In this document: positions 14,586 through 29,054 of the stretch, piece after piece
Numbering within the stretch: position 1 is the stretch's first letter
Layout: each line of letters opens with the position of its first letter
Assembly: GCA_964016885.1 (NCBI GenBank)
Contig: OZ024742.1
Coordinates: forward strand, 148,118,001 to 148,182,000
Length of the DNA: 64,000 nucleotides
Source of the DNA: Eledone cirrhosa
Taxonomy: Eukaryota
Direction of reading: 5' to 3'
Position numbers and translations under genes: made by a program
The notes under the pieces: generated by a model
The model's database searches: none
What the model was told of the DNA's origin: nothing
What the model saw: the letters and a program-made list of their open reading frames with translations, nothing else

Positions 14586-14914
14586 CCCTCTCTCTGTCTT
14601 TCTATGCCTCTCTGTTACACACGCTTTCTCGTTCTCTCTCCATATATGTAACATATACACACATATATAAAATATATGTGTGTGTATGTGAGTGGATGGT
14701 GCGTGCATATCTGCGTATATGTTTGCCCAACTGCTATCTATCGTTATATCTATATTTGTATCTCACTTTTCTCCCACTCTCCTTTTCTCTCCCCCCCTCT
14801 CTCTCCCTCGCTCTCTCTATATCTCTCTCTCTCTATCTATCTCTCTCTACACACATACACGCACACACACACACACACATATGTATATAAAACTATATTT
14901 TGTTTTTGTTTTTG

Positions 14915-15010
14915 TTTTTGCAAGATTTTTGTTGTGAAAACGTGTGTTGAAACAGATATTGTTATACTTTGGGAGGGTCATGCTGCCAGTAAAAAACATA
15001 TGCACCAGCT
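14915..15010 (+). repeat. Dispersed repeat, with related copies near 25160-25258 (-) and 24905-24970 (+)
   Basis: Shared TGTGTTGAAACAGATATTGTTATACTTTGGGA.GGT.ATG. Confidence 0.65.
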
Positions 15011-15754
15011 AAGTTGTTTAATTGTTGATTGACAAAACTTTTCCACACTTCTTCAGTGACTATTTATTTATGTATCTATTTATTCATCTATTCATTTACC
15101 TAATTTTATACTGTTCTCGCTCTCTTCTCTATTTCCTACTTGTTACTAGTTAGTTAATTGTTATCTTGATTTTTTGTATTCTCTGTATGTGTGTGCGTGT
15201 GTGGCGAGGGGTCTGTCTGTGTATATTATTAGTTTTGTTCTTCTGTGTATTGTCCTTAGTCACTATGTTGTGAGATTGTTATTATTCCACTCATGTTTTC
15301 TATTTAATTTTGGTCGAAGTTCATTTATGTTTGTAGCTTTTGTTATCTGTCAGAGCATTGCATCTGTTCTGTGTGTCAATGTAATTTTTATCTCAATGTT
15401 CTCTAGTGAGCCCCCATGTTCCATTCTGGCATGTTGGTGGAGCACTGATGAGTTTTTCTCATTTTGGAGTTCTCGCCAGTGTTCGTTCATTCTTTTTCAT
15501 ATGCTACGGGCCACCTCACCTATATAAGTTGTGTTCCTATTCTTATACTCCTTACACTCTCCCTCCGTTCATCTATGTTATAATATACTATGTTGTTATT
15601 TATCTATTTTTATGTACTTATATGTTTTTACTTGTATATATATTCATCTATTCACACACACACACACACATATATATATATTGAGTGTAAAAGAAGTGTA
15701 ATCACACCCTCACACCCTCCACTATTCCATTAGTATACAGAAAAACATAAAAGG

Positions 15755-15801
15755 TTATCTTAACGCGTTTCAGAGATTGGCGTCTCCTCATCAGAAGATA
15801 A
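15755..15801 (-). ncRNA. Minimal type I hammerhead ribozyme of classic PLE type
   Basis: Reverse complement: TTATCTT-CTGATGA-GGAGA-CGCCAA-TCTCT-GAAA-CGCG-TT-AAGATAA. Helix I is 7 bp, helix III is the palindrome ACGCGT, and the triplet is GUU. Confidence 0.9.
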
Positions 15802-15893
15802 TTGCCTCCTATGTTTGTGTCTAATGAGAAATTATGATAGCTTTGCTGTTTATATCAAGCATGATGTAGAATAGAACACCAAACAGGACACTA

Positions 15894-15995
15894 GCATGGA
15901 TGAGTGGTTAAGAGGTTTGTTGTGTAATCATAAAGTTACTAGTTCGATCCCACTACGTGATATCATGGGCAGGTATCATTATCACAGCTTCAGTA
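15894..15995 (+). mobile_element. Decayed tRNA-derived SINE head
   Basis: TGGATGAGTGGTTAAG A box and AGTTCGATCCC B box. Confidence 0.55.
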
Positions 15996-16225
15996 AGTAT
16001 ACACGTGCCTGTTAATTCACGAGTCGGACGTTCAGTTACTGAATGCTAAATCGCCGAAACCGGCGGGGGATATATCATTATTATCATCCTCCTCATCCTC
16101 CTAAACCACCACCGCCACCACCACCGCCGCCCCGCCGCCACCACCACCACCACCAGCACCACCACCACCACCACCACCACCTCCTACTCCTCATCCTCTA
16201 CTGCCTCCTCCTCCTCATTGTCGGG

Positions 16226-16256
<31 letters not shown>

Positions 16257-16433
16257 TGATCAGAAGAAGAAGAAGAAGAAAAAAAAGGAAATAAAGAGAA
16301 GAAATAAAATGTGCATACGTTTGGCAACGTAATAAATTATATAATATTGAATAGATGATAACAGGGACCAGTGGAAAGAGTGTTTACACTGGCTTCCTTT
16401 TAGAACGAGGCTTTTAATTGAAAATAAAAGTTG

Positions 16434-16478
<45 letters not shown>

Positions 16479-16888
16479 TTTACCTTAAGTCTTCTAATAA
16501 ATGCTGTGTTCTGCATAAATATTTATTATTTAATTAATTACGTTGCCAAACGAATGCATGTTATGCAAATTAGACTGACCACTATTGTTTTATTCTACAC
16601 ACTGCATGGTATAAATATCGACGCTATGAAGTAGCCTATAGACAGAATCATAGAGTTAATTTCTTATGAGGAGACAACGATAATTTCTTTTTTTTGTTTC
16701 TGTACAGAGTGTATAGCGGAAAGTGTTTTCACTTCATTTATTTCACGACGAGTCTTATAATTATAACCAAAAGACTAATTATATTTACATTCATCCCAAA
16801 TACACTGAGTTCTGAACGAGTGTTTATTACACACACACACGCACACGCACACACGCACACACACACACACGCACACACATACACATAC

Positions 16889-16942
<54 letters not shown>

Positions 16943-17112
16943 TCGTAGGATAATTGGAAAACTCAGCGCAAGGAAGCTGTTAAAATAGCAAAATGCCGCT
17001 AACGGCTGCGTCAGGTAAAATTTACCTCAAAGGATAGAAATCAGCAGCTAGAAGTTTATTGACTTCTAGCCACTGATTTCTATCCTTTGAGGTACATTTT
17101 ACCCAACACTGC

Positions 17113-17198
<86 letters not shown>

Positions 17199-17201
<3 letters not shown>

Positions 17202-17850
17202 GAGGAAAAGTTACACCTTCACCAAATACCTATTGGACGTCACTGCAAACCCAAACCCATAAATATGAATTTAAAAATATGCTGTCTACACGAGGTCAAA
17301 TTTCGACACGATTGGTTTAAACCTTATTTCTTCTCTACCGTTTTTATTCCTATTTTATCATGTCTAAGGGTCAATCAGCCTGCAATATCGATGCATTGAA
17401 TATGTAACGACTAGCGCCACCTTGGCCGGGGAGAAAAAAAGCTAATTGGAGTTACTTCCCCGTGGCCCGTATATAAGGGGGTGTTCTGACGTCACTCGAC
17501 CTCTCTTGCTCACTTACTCTTTTTGCCGGTTAACCTTTGAAGTGATCACATCGAGTGCAAACATGCTAACCTTTTCTAACCACATCTTATGGTTCAAGAT
17601 TATACCTTGTCATGCCACGAGGTACATTTGCTTACCACATTTGTAATACACGGACTACATAAACGCAAGTTATTTTGATACTCGTTTTGAGAAACTTATT
17701 ATGCTTCAGTTATTACTTCAAATGTAGTGAGAGATAATTCTCACACGAAATGAAATTGTGTGAAAATTCTCATATCTCTTATTTCTATTAAATTTAGTAG
17801 TTGGGATCCGGTGGTACTTACTGGAGTAAGTAACCCTGGGACTAACTCAC

Positions 17851-17886
<36 letters not shown>

Positions 17887-18498
17887 AAGGAACAGGGGCT
17901 GTGTAGTTGGTGGATAAGGTGTACTTATAAATAAGAGGAAAGCAAGAACGGGAGAAAGTTTTCCTTCATCAATTGTCTGAAGGGGTCCTGGATATTTCAA
18001 CGCATCGCCAGACAGGAGGAAGTGAGAGAGGGGGAGTAGCAGAGAGTGAGTGAGTGAAAGTGTGAGGAAGAGGCCAACTGAGAGAGTGCTGGTCACACTC
18101 TCTCAGCTGGCCTCTTCCTCACACTTTCACTCACTCTCTGCACACTTTCACTTCACTCTCTCACTTCCTCCCGTCTGACCTGCGTGAAATCCTTTTCTCG
18201 CTCACATTTCGCAGGGTTCAGACGCGTCCTTATTCTTCTTTTCGTCATTGATTTGCTAGAACTTAAGTTCACATGTATCATTGTCTTGTTTTCTCATTTT
18301 CCTCTCTTTACGTTGCCTTACCATTTTTGTTTGTTTACATGTCTCTCTTTCTCCACCCAATTCTTTTTATCCCAATAATTTATTTTAGTTATTGTTCGCA
18401 CTGACTTTGAGGTATCTGGTTTTTAATGCGAAGAAATACCGATGATAGTCAGAAGATCACTTATGACGGATAGTCCTGGTTTCTTGCTCTATTTTTCA

Positions 18499-18580
<82 letters not shown>

Positions 18581-18770
18581 ACATCGATATTGCAGGCTGA
18601 TTGACCCTTAGACATGATAAAATAGGAATAAAAACGGTAGAGAAGAAATAAGGTTTAAACCCATCGTGTCGAAATTTGACCTCGTGTAGACAGCATATTT
18701 TTAAATTCATATTTATGGGTTTGCAGTGACGTCCAATAGGTATTTGGTGAAGGTGTAACTTTTTCTCCAC
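17199..18770. repeat. About 200-bp inverted repeat pair (17199-17403, 18573-18770), each arm just downstream of (TA)n
   Basis: Near-identical reverse complements; the ORF track shows the same peptide on both strands. Confidence 0.85.
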
Positions 18771-18884
18771 TGTATGTCGCACAGACACATCAGTTTTATT
18801 CCAATGTATTTGAGGCTAATACCAGTTTTTCTAATAACATTTTTACCCATAAAAATTTGCTTTAAAATAATCTTGTCTAACAAT

Positions 18885-19065
18885 AATTTCTAATTCAGAC
18901 ACAAGGCCTGCAATGTATACGTAGTGGAAAATCGAATTTATCGGCCCTAGTACTTTATCCACTCCAAGAGGATGAAAAGCAAAACTGGCCTCGGTGGCAT
19001 TTGGACCTGGGACGTAAAGGACTGTAATTAAGCCATTTTGTCCAACGCTTAACGACTCCACCAAC
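18885..19065 (-). mobile_element. Nin/Deu-like tRNA SINE, diverged copy
   Basis: ACAAGGCC..GGATGAAAAGCAAAA..CCTCGGTGGCATTTG. Confidence 0.6.
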
Positions 19066-19249
19066 CCATCGCTCTATTTTTGTTTAATAATTCTTTGTTT
19101 AGCAATTCTTTTGTAGAGAGGAAATGTCTATAATATCAACGTCGGTATTTAGAATATCAACGTCGGTATTTAGCTGGTACTTTATTTTATCGACATCGGA
19201 AAACAAAGTTGTAATACGTTAATCTAAATAACCTTCGTTTAAGTCACTT

Positions 19250-21450
19250 TCTTCTAATAACACTTTAGTCTAAACACCTTGAGTCTAATAACAATTCAGT
19301 CTTAAATACTTTTACCTTCTAAACTTTTGATCTAATGGTTTAAAAACTAGTAATTGTTGCAAAAAGTTTATAAGAAAGTAGTTTCCGACAACTGCGTAAC
19401 AACCAAGATTATAGGTAATATCACGTAGGTAGTTTTCAGTTTGTCCGTTTTCTGCATCAACAACGACTGTGCTAATATGGAAAGAAATGACTATAAACTT
19501 GGCATTTATTATCTTAAATGGAGCAATGGCACGCAACTAAGCACTTTTAGATATCATTTCCAAAACCTCTAAGTTACAAAATAAATTAGAAATTGTCATA
19601 ACAAGTGCAGAGAATCTCCGATGCCATGCTTTTACAGTATTATTAATTGGGAAACCATTATTAACCACAAATATTCTAGTCATGTCTTCTTTCACAAATA
19701 GTAATATCCATTGTAGTGAAGCTATGCTTCACCAACAGCGGTCTTAGCCAATACAATGCTTTCTTGAACATTATTCATAAGAGTTTTGACAGAACTGTTT
19801 TCAAAAGTAAAATGAAAAAATAGACAATTCTATTTCATATAGTGTCGTGCATCATTCGCACGATATATTTCATCCTTCTTTTTCTACTATTTGATAGATC
19901 ATTTTTTCGGGAGAAAAATAGTTATCTAATGTCTCATGTAAGGTTCAAATCTGGCTAAAATTTAGTATTGTGAATTATATTAACTGAAATTATATTTTCT
20001 TCCGTATCTACAGATGCCGTTTCGATTGACCAAAAATCACTTTAGCCAATAAATAAATACATACGCAACGATATGCACCTCTTCAAATATAACTAAATGA
20101 TGCATTAAAAATCCCGTTGTTCCGGGTAATTATTAATTTATCACTTTGGCTATATTTATGTTCTAGCGTTCCCTCGCTAAATCTAAGGAGTCCACTCTGA
20201 TTCAAAACTAATTTCTTGTCTCACTGAGTAAGCAGAAGCAACCGTAATTAATTTCCTTGTGTTTCCGCCTGGCAAAATTTGGTAAACACTATTATTGTGG
20301 ATTGGCAGTATCGGTAGAGGGTCGGACGCCATGCTTTGCAGCAAAGAGTTACGGCCCTTTATGGTCTGAGTTCAAATCCCGCCGAAGTCAACTTTGCCTT
20401 TCATCCTTACAGGATCGATAAAATAAAGTACCAGTAATACACTGGGATAATTGCTGGCCTTGCGCCAAAAGTAGAAACAATTATTATTATTATTATTACT
20501 ATTTGAAACTTTTGAATTGATGCCGGGTGTCAACCAGACACTTGTGGCAAAATTTGATAATACATTTTACAACCAATTATCATATAAATGATGCCACAAG
20601 GGCACAAATACCAGTAAATGTCTTTGCTAGGTTTTTGAATTGATAATGTCCTTCTCAGTACATGGACATTGTCACTCAGCACTATTTTCTGTATCTCTTG
20701 CAGAGGTGGCTTTCCAAATATCTAGTCAAAATATTTTTCAGTACTCTTTTTTATCACTGAACCAACTATCATGATATTGTACAGGCTTTAAGATGCCACA
20801 TTTTCTCAATTTCAATTGTCAGATCTTTATACTTACTGAGCTTTTTGGACTCTTTCGAGATGTTATAATCTGACGGAATGCTCATGTCAATTGAGAAACA
20901 TGTTTTCTCTTTTATGGCCTTTCACAATTATATCAATAATTCCAAAATTTGAAATAGGTTAAGAGATATCTTATGGTATAACCCAGTATTTATTCAAACT
21001 GTCTGTACTCATTACCTGAGACGTCTTGAAAATATGTTTTTCCATTTTCCGATAGATCTTAAATACCATAAGCTTTTTAATGAGAATATAGTTAAGGTTA
21101 GCAATTTATGTTTTAAGAACTTCGAAAATTTCATCAACAATTTTATTTTCAATTATTTATCCCAAAACAATAATACTGGATTTGTCCTACTTGTAACTGA
21201 GTTATCTCTTGACGGCAAAACTATTTCGAAAGCTATAATAGGTCGTGTTAAAATTCAACATAGCATTATAATTGTTCCCGGGTTTTATATTAGTCTTACC
21301 GAAAATTGTTTCATGACTCATTAACATCAACGTTTCCATCCATTTAATAAAATGAGACGAAATGTGATAGTGCAACCACTTCTATAATTTTAGAAAAAAG
21401 ACATTGTTGCTTTTAAGATCAAATAGTCGACTTTAAATCATGCCATTCCT
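19250..21450 (-). pseudogene. Highly decayed L1/Tx1-like ORF2 remnant
   Basis: By-eye minus-strand translation gives KTFTGICALVASF (like KSPGxDGLxxEF) near 20590-20630 and VVNNGFPINNTVKHGIGDSL (like VNG..GVRQGD) near 19610-19670, in the expected order. Boundaries are rough. Confidence 0.4.
20297..20500 (+). mobile_element. Full-length tRNA-derived SINE with Nin/Deu-like body and (ATT)n tail
   Basis: A box TGGCAGTATCGG, B box GAGTTCAAATCC, body CTTTGCCTTTCATCCTT..GTCGATAAAATAAAGTACCAGT, tail GGCCTTG.GCCAAAAGTAGAAACA(ATT)n. Confidence 0.85.
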
Positions 21451-22431
21451 TACGTACATACTTCTTTTATCATTAAAGAAGTTTATTTTAAAATAAAAGA
21501 AATTTACAAAACGTCAACGTTTGCATATTAAAATAATGAAAATGAAAGAAAAAATTATATAGCGAAAGGGAAAGAGGAAGGGAGAGACAAACTGTACACC
21601 CCAGCCTAGCGGTATATCTTAACTGCGCCCGCTGACATATTGACGAACAGCCAGGATAGTTATCAATCGAATCCGCATTGTAAGTTATGTTTAAATGATA
21701 AATTATTGATACTAATTCAAAGTGACAATGGATTAAAAGTGGTTTCAGCGATGTTTGATTATTGTAAATATTTTTCCAACTTTTTACTTTGTAATTATAT
21801 ACTTGTAAATATTCCAATCATTTCTAAATACTATTTTAATCGATTGTCATTCTGAAATAATATCAATGATTTATCGTTGTTTAAACAAATCTTGAAGCGT
21901 AGATTTGAACCGAAACTATTATGTCTAAAAAGAATTTTTATGATTGGAAATAGCTCACTGGATATTAAACACAACTGAACTTGGAATACAATAACAATGT
22001 ATTCTTTACATCATCTTACAGCTTTTTATCATCAAAAATAGCTTTACTACCAGCTTAAAACTAATTTGTCTCCATTCACATGGATTAACAAAAAATGTCA
22101 ACTAAAAGTTCTGGTTTTACACCCACTCAACCTTTTGTAACAGACGCTTTATATCCGCATTTTTCGTTTGAAGTGATTCATTATATTTTCAAAAGTACAC
22201 GAGCTATACATGGACAGTTTTACTTCTAGCGTCTCTTCACAATTAGATGCTCAATTTAACAGCCACAGGAAAATAACATCCACTTCAGCCTGACGTACAT
22301 ACCGAACCAGCTTCAAATAAATTTCATACCACATTTACGCATGCGTGTATTGAATAGTTTTCCTCATGTCTGAGTGCATCGGATTGTATTCACTCATTCA
22401 TTGCATAAATCTTCACTAGATTATTCTTAGC

Positions 22432-22508
<77 letters not shown>

Positions 22509-24249
22509 TCTCCCTCTCTCTCTCTCTCACACACACACATACACACACATCAGTTTAGAGACAATGAGAGAGTTATCTCGTGCGCGACTTCACCTATATA
22601 ATCACATTTATGATTTGTATGAATGAATACCAAGTCGTTTTACCTTATTTGTTGTATGTAGACACATCTTAAAATGTACTTCATTTTATAGACAGCTAAA
22701 TCATCAATACATCAGGACAAATTATTCTGTTTTATCGTTAGTTATCGAGCAGCATTTTTATTTATTACTCTGATCACTTAGAATAGAACAATACAAATGA
22801 CTTTCAAATGTATTTGAAATAAAAACTACAAAACACTGTCAACCGAAGTGGAGACAAAGGCCCTCTAAACAGAAAACTAGTAGCGTTAAGTCATTACAAA
22901 AGGAAACACCATAAAAACATCCAACTATGCAGGAAAAAAACATCAAAGCTTCTAAAACAAACTAGCAATGCACATATAAAATTTGATCACTCACTATATG
23001 AATGATGTCATTAGGCAGATAATATAACCGAAGCACTTAACAACCAGCAACCAACATCATAACCAGATCAAATGAAACTCCTTATCAATTTCAAAATCAC
23101 TAGATATAGATAAGAAACTATAAGGGAATTCGTTTTGTGCACCAAACAATCAAATAATACAAAGAAAGCAAGAAAATTTAACTGAAGTAAAATAAATGGT
23201 TGATAATAAAAGCAAACTGTAAAGAAAAAAAGCGACATCAAAATGAAGAATTAAATCATTAGATAGACCAAATGTTGACAGTTATATTTCCTTTAAATTT
23301 CAACTCTATTCACACACAACAGTAAATTCACTTAGATTGGTAGTAGTTTCCTACAAAGAAGTAGGAATTTTAATTAACAGAATATATCTGATCAAAAGAA
23401 ATAATAAATTAGAAAAAGCTAGCATTAACAACACAAAGAAGAAGAATTTAAACTATTATAGCAAAAGGTTTTTCAAATGTGTCTCATTTCTAATTAAATG
23501 AATGTTTCTAATAACAATTTATAGAGTGTATAGAAGAGCATATCCTAACAGCAATGATAGAAGGTTACAAAATCCGAGTCACTAAAATCCTTATTTAATA
23601 AAACTAAACTGAATAATATAGATCGAAGTACGGGAGGATAAAAATTGAATTAATAAATAAACAATTTAAAGAAACACTTTATCTAAATAGATAGCGAATT
23701 TAAGGTTTTATTTACAATTACACATGAAATTATTGCCCCTCCTCCTCACACTACTGCACAATCTATCTGTCATGCAACAAGGATTCGACTAAAGGAAAAT
23801 GTCACAAATGGAGCCCATACGTATAAGCCACCAATTTACAGTAAAAACACAGCAAGTGACACACTATAAGAAATTTTCCCGACGCTCTAACGATTCTGCC
23901 AATCCACCGCCCAATAAAAAAAAAGTTATGTAAAAATTCTATCAATTGCACGAAAATGGACAAGCGAAGATGTACAACAATTTGATTCTTCTAAAATAAA
24001 ATTGTTTCGTTTACATAACCATCAAAATAGATATTTTTCACGAAGCGGGGTTAACTCCTATTCATGTATTAATAAAAACATCTAGATAGCGTAGATTTCT
24101 AACATCTCACTGTAAACGCAAAAAGTCACGTGATATTTAGCAGCTTATATGAGAAGAGCAATTAAAATCGTTTAAACAAATAGTAAATCAAAATGGGAAG
24201 CAAAAGAATATAATATTATTCAACCAGATTGTATTAAGAATTTGATCAA

Positions 24250-24700
24250 ATTCAGATAACTGAGTAGAGTCATGAGCTACTTTGAATTTTTGACATATCA
24301 AAAATATAACATTATATAATGATTTGACAATATTCGATGCAGAGAAGCGAGAAATAGTATTTTAAAATTCTTTTAAAGAAATACGCGTAGTGTGCGAAAA
24401 ATAATTATTATAATCTAAAATTACATAAATCAACCAAAAGTAGTCGTGTTAAAAAAATTGAAGGTGTATTGTTAGAAATAGATAATTAGTTATTTAAAAG
24501 TAACAAAGAAATAACAATGATTTAGTTACCAGGTCATACAGATATTATGGAAAACAAGAAAATAGATGAATTAATAAAGACAGAGTACAAAAAGAAATAA
24601 TATAGATTACTTTCCGAATTTATCCCAAGTAAACCATTTGCTAAAAGCATTATCAGACAAGCATGGGTAAAATATAGGGAAGAAGCAATAGATAAACTGT
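24250..24700 (+). pseudogene. Decayed RNase H domain of a retroelement
   Basis: 24506-24580 translates KEITMI*LPGHTDIMENKKIDELIK (like WIPGHxGIxGNExADxLAK). LTIFDAE lies upstream near 24325. Confidence 0.6.
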
Positions 24701-25780
24701 TAAACTTTAATCCTACATTATCTTAAGGAGATTTATCAAACTGACAAGTTGCTAAACAATACAACTATACAACGATGTTGGCAACGTTTAGTTCTTATTC
24801 CTCCATCTTGGGAAGACTATTTAGAAACGTTATGACATTATATATTTCAATTAAAAATTTATCAGAATGAAATAGATTAAATTTTAAAATGTTTTCAAAA
24901 GTACCAATGTTAAAGATACAATTCATTTTCAAAGGAAGGTCATGCCGCTAATAAAAACACACACACCTGTTTTTTTTTTCACTTCAATTTATTACAAATT
25001 TCCAGTTGGTTGGTTTAATAACCGGATGGCAGTTCATTTATTGTCAAAGCTCTTTCGTTACCTATTCTGTGACCCCCTGAGTGACTAATTTGTTATTTTG
25101 TGTCTCTCCTTTGTTCTGTAAAAAAAAAAAAAAGATGGTAATAGATTGAAGTGAAAACCAACAGGTGCATGTGTTTTTATTGACATCATAACCTTCCCAA
25201 AGTATAACAATATCTGTTTCAACACATGTTTTCAGATAAGAAATCTTGCAAAACAAAAATAATCATTTTTAAGGATTTTCCAGCAATTAATAACAACTTT
25301 CCCGGTTAGGCTGCAAATACAGATTAAAATGCAGCAGAAATGTTCTAACAAAAAAGCATAGGTGACCAAAGAATTTTTTGAAGATTTGCAAAATAATTGG
25401 ATAGCAATTTGGGAAAATATCGACCTTAACACAAAGCAATTAATAACAGATATCGACCTTAACACAAAACGGATCATGCAAGTTTGGGGAAACATTGACA
25501 AAGAAACTCGTAGTTACAAACAGACGCATGGAGGGCAAAATAATCCAGGTTAAGTATTTTTCAAATATTCTCTTCTTCTTCTTCTTCTTCTTCTTCTTCT
25601 TCTTCTTCTTCTTCTTCTTCTTCTTCTTCTTCTTCTTCTTCTTCTTCTTCTTCTTCTTCTTCTTCTTCTTCTTCTACTTATCTCTGAGAGGGTCGTGGGA
25701 GCAGAGTCCTCAAACACTCCTTCAAGAGGGTCCTGTCAGAACTAACCGTCTTCAACTGATCCGGCTGGATAATATCAGCT

Positions 25781-26613
25781 TGGCTGCCCTAATTAATCTT
25801 AGTGTGTGAAACTCACACGATATGCAAATGAGCATCACCATCAGATGATTTAGATGCAACAATTATATAGCCTATCGCCTATTTTTGTCTCAGTGTTGAA
25901 TCAGTAAACGTCACCGATGATGAAATACTGTGACACAACCAGCCAAGTTCATGGATGTTATCCAGCCATCTTGTTCGGGTCTATCCCTGGGTCTCTTGCC
26001 GGTTAGTTTTGTCCGTAAAATTTCTCCAGCGATTCTTTCAAATATATTCGTAAAATTATATTATTTCTCTCTGTATTTTTTATGTTCTTTGTAAGCATAA
26101 GGTTTTATTTCTAATAACTGCTTGAATAAGAAATATTTTCATTATCTTTTTTTATTGTAGACTTTAAAAATATGGAAGAAAATACATTAAACCATTTCAG
26201 TCAAATATTTTCAAATATTGCATTATTGGGAGGGAATATTAGAATGTTGTACCCAACTACATCACCCAAGTTCAGCTCTAACAATGCCCAGATTTCTATC
26301 ACACTCCACCACTCATCAGTTTTTTACATTATAGTATGTTGATTAATGCTACTCATGTGCCACATGCCATAGGCTGAATAAAGGAAAGAAATGTTCCAAC
26401 TGCAATAATTTGTTCCAAGCTGCTGCGAGTCATATCTCCTTGTCTGTCTCCTAGAAGAATGCAACGGCTGTCCTAATTAATCCTAATCCTAGTGTGTCAA
26501 ACTCAAACGATATGCCAATGAGCATCTCAACCAGATGTTATAGATGCAAAAATTATATAAGCTATCGCCTATTCTTGTCTGAAAGTTGAGTCAGTAAACG
26601 TCACCGGTGATGG
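25781..26613 (+). repeat. About 145-bp diverged direct repeats (25781-25925, 26466-26613)
   Basis: GGCTG.CCTAATTAATC..AGTGTGT.AAACTCA.ACGATATGC.AATGAGCATC...CAGTAAACGTCACCG.TGATG occurs twice. Confidence 0.8.
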
Positions 26614-26715
26614 ATAAAAATCTGTCTGACGTTTTCACATAGCTACTGAAATACTGCAATATGATCACAATTTAAAACATTCATAGCATACCTAAACATA
26701 TTTGTCACATACATT

Positions 26716-26753
<38 letters not shown>

Positions 26754-26805
26754 AACACAAACACAAACACACACACATGCATATGTATACACACACACAC
26801 AAACA

Positions 26806-26842
<37 letters not shown>

Positions 26843-28147
26843 GTATATATACATGGAGCTGTGAAACAGTACTGTCAGGAATATTACTTTTGCCACCTTA
26901 AGTAAGCCGATATTTTCCTGAATATTATTTCTATTAAATATGTGTACAAAATATGCGTTTCTAAAACGATATATGACTCTCTCTAAATGTATCTTTTGAT
27001 ATATATATACACATATAGATATACACATATATATCCATATCTATATATCCATATATCTCTCTCTCTATATATACACACATTACACACACATATATATATA
27101 CCTTTATATATATATATATTTACATATACATCTTTATGTATGTATGTATGTATGTATGTATGTATGTATGTATGTATGTATGTATGTATGTATGTATGTA
27201 TGTATGTGTGTGTGTATGTATGTGTGTGTGTGTGTGTGTGTGTATGATGTGTGTGTGTGTGCGCGTGTGTGTATTTATGTAAATTTTACCGGTGTACTTG
27301 AACTTACCCCCGTGCCGATGAATATATAAATTATTGAATCTTCTGTTGGGATTTTCTATTAATTCTTTTCAGCTATAAAAAATGGTATTTTGTGAGTTTT
27401 CTGAATGATTCGGCTATCCTTGTCATTTCATTTGATAATAATCTCTCTCTCATTCTTTGGATCCTTATCTAATAATATTAATCAACCAACCGTCAAACGT
27501 TCGCTTGCTGCATCTCCTTTTAGGCTGCAATACCATTGTATCCACGAACAAGTTGAATATTCTACTTCATGTATATTGTCGTCCATCTTAGCGAATATTT
27601 CAGCTTTACAATGGCTTACTTCGAATTAGCAAACACACAGCGAGATTAGGGAAAGCCTTTCGTATAGTTGTCGTTGTTTCTGTCAGCAAATGGATTGTAA
27701 AAAATAAGTGAAGGAAGGATACAAAGGATGTGATATTGATGGTGGTGATGGTGATGGTGGTGGTGGTGGTGGTCGTAAGTAAATTTGATGAAGGCTTGTA
27801 AAATTTGAATGACAGTTCAAGAGATGTACTAGAATGACTTAACACACACACACACACACACGCGCACACGCACACACACACATAGACACACGCACACACA
27901 CACACACACATACACACACACGCACACATACACACGCGCACACACACACATACACACACACACACGCACCCATACACACACATACACACACACACACATT
28001 CACACACTCACACACACACACACATATATATGTATGAGAGAGAGAGAGAGAAGGATAGAGGGCGAGGAAAGATAACTACCATTGAAAGACAGTTGGAGAG
28101 AAATCAGGAAGTGTATTTGTGTGTGATACTCTGAGTGTGTGTGTGTA

Positions 28148-28230
<83 letters not shown>

Positions 28231-28580
28231 CTGTCTGTTTCTATGAATGTGTCTGTGTGGCTGAACGAAAGAATGAAAAATGTTTATGAAATGATGGTGG
28301 TTGGATAGGTGTAAAATGAATAGATGAGATTACTGAAAAAAAAAAAAAAAAATGTAGCAGAACAAGAGGATGTGGCTGGGCTAAAGATTTATTGGAGAGG
28401 CAAGATCGAATTTAATATTGAACAGGAAAATATATAGAAAAGAAATAGACGTGTTTTGAGAAGAGGATGACTGAAAGACATCGAATTCAAAACAAACAAT
28501 CGAAGAATAGAGAAAAGATCTAGAAAAAATCTAGAAACAAAACATATCCCTGTATTGCTTACTTTGTCTCGTTCTCTAAT

Positions 28581-28619
<39 letters not shown>

Positions 28620-28847
28620 AACAACAATAATAACATTAACAACAATAATAATATAATTACAGCAACGTGATGACGAAAATTCTTCTATACGTGCCATAAT
28701 CCAAGAATTTTATTTACAATGTTCCCTCATGAATATCATTTCAGATCAATATCTCTTTAATATTTCGAGCAAATAAAAGAAGCATCAGCAAATGTTCATG
28801 TATTGATTGGTCCCGTGAGATGAAAACATTCAAAGAAAGAAAACACG

Positions 28848-28928
<81 letters not shown>

Positions 28929-28971
28929 TATATATATATGTATATATATATATGTATATATATGTATATAA

Positions 28972-29049
<78 letters not shown>

Positions 29050-29054
<5 letters not shown>

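Noticed and set aside
17403-17850. Possible solo LTR (TGTAAC start, TATA-like motif)
   Set aside because: No clear CA terminus, target-site duplication or second copy.
18431-18485. CCGATGA..GTCA/TGAC..GGAT between AAGAAA and TTTCTT
   Set aside because: Several core mismatches, so it cannot be called.
18594-18682. AGG-CTGATTGA...GACATGAT/ATCGTGTC-GAAA-TTTGA-CCT
   Set aside because: Extra bases lie between the core and helix II and there is no valid NUH triplet; at best degenerate.
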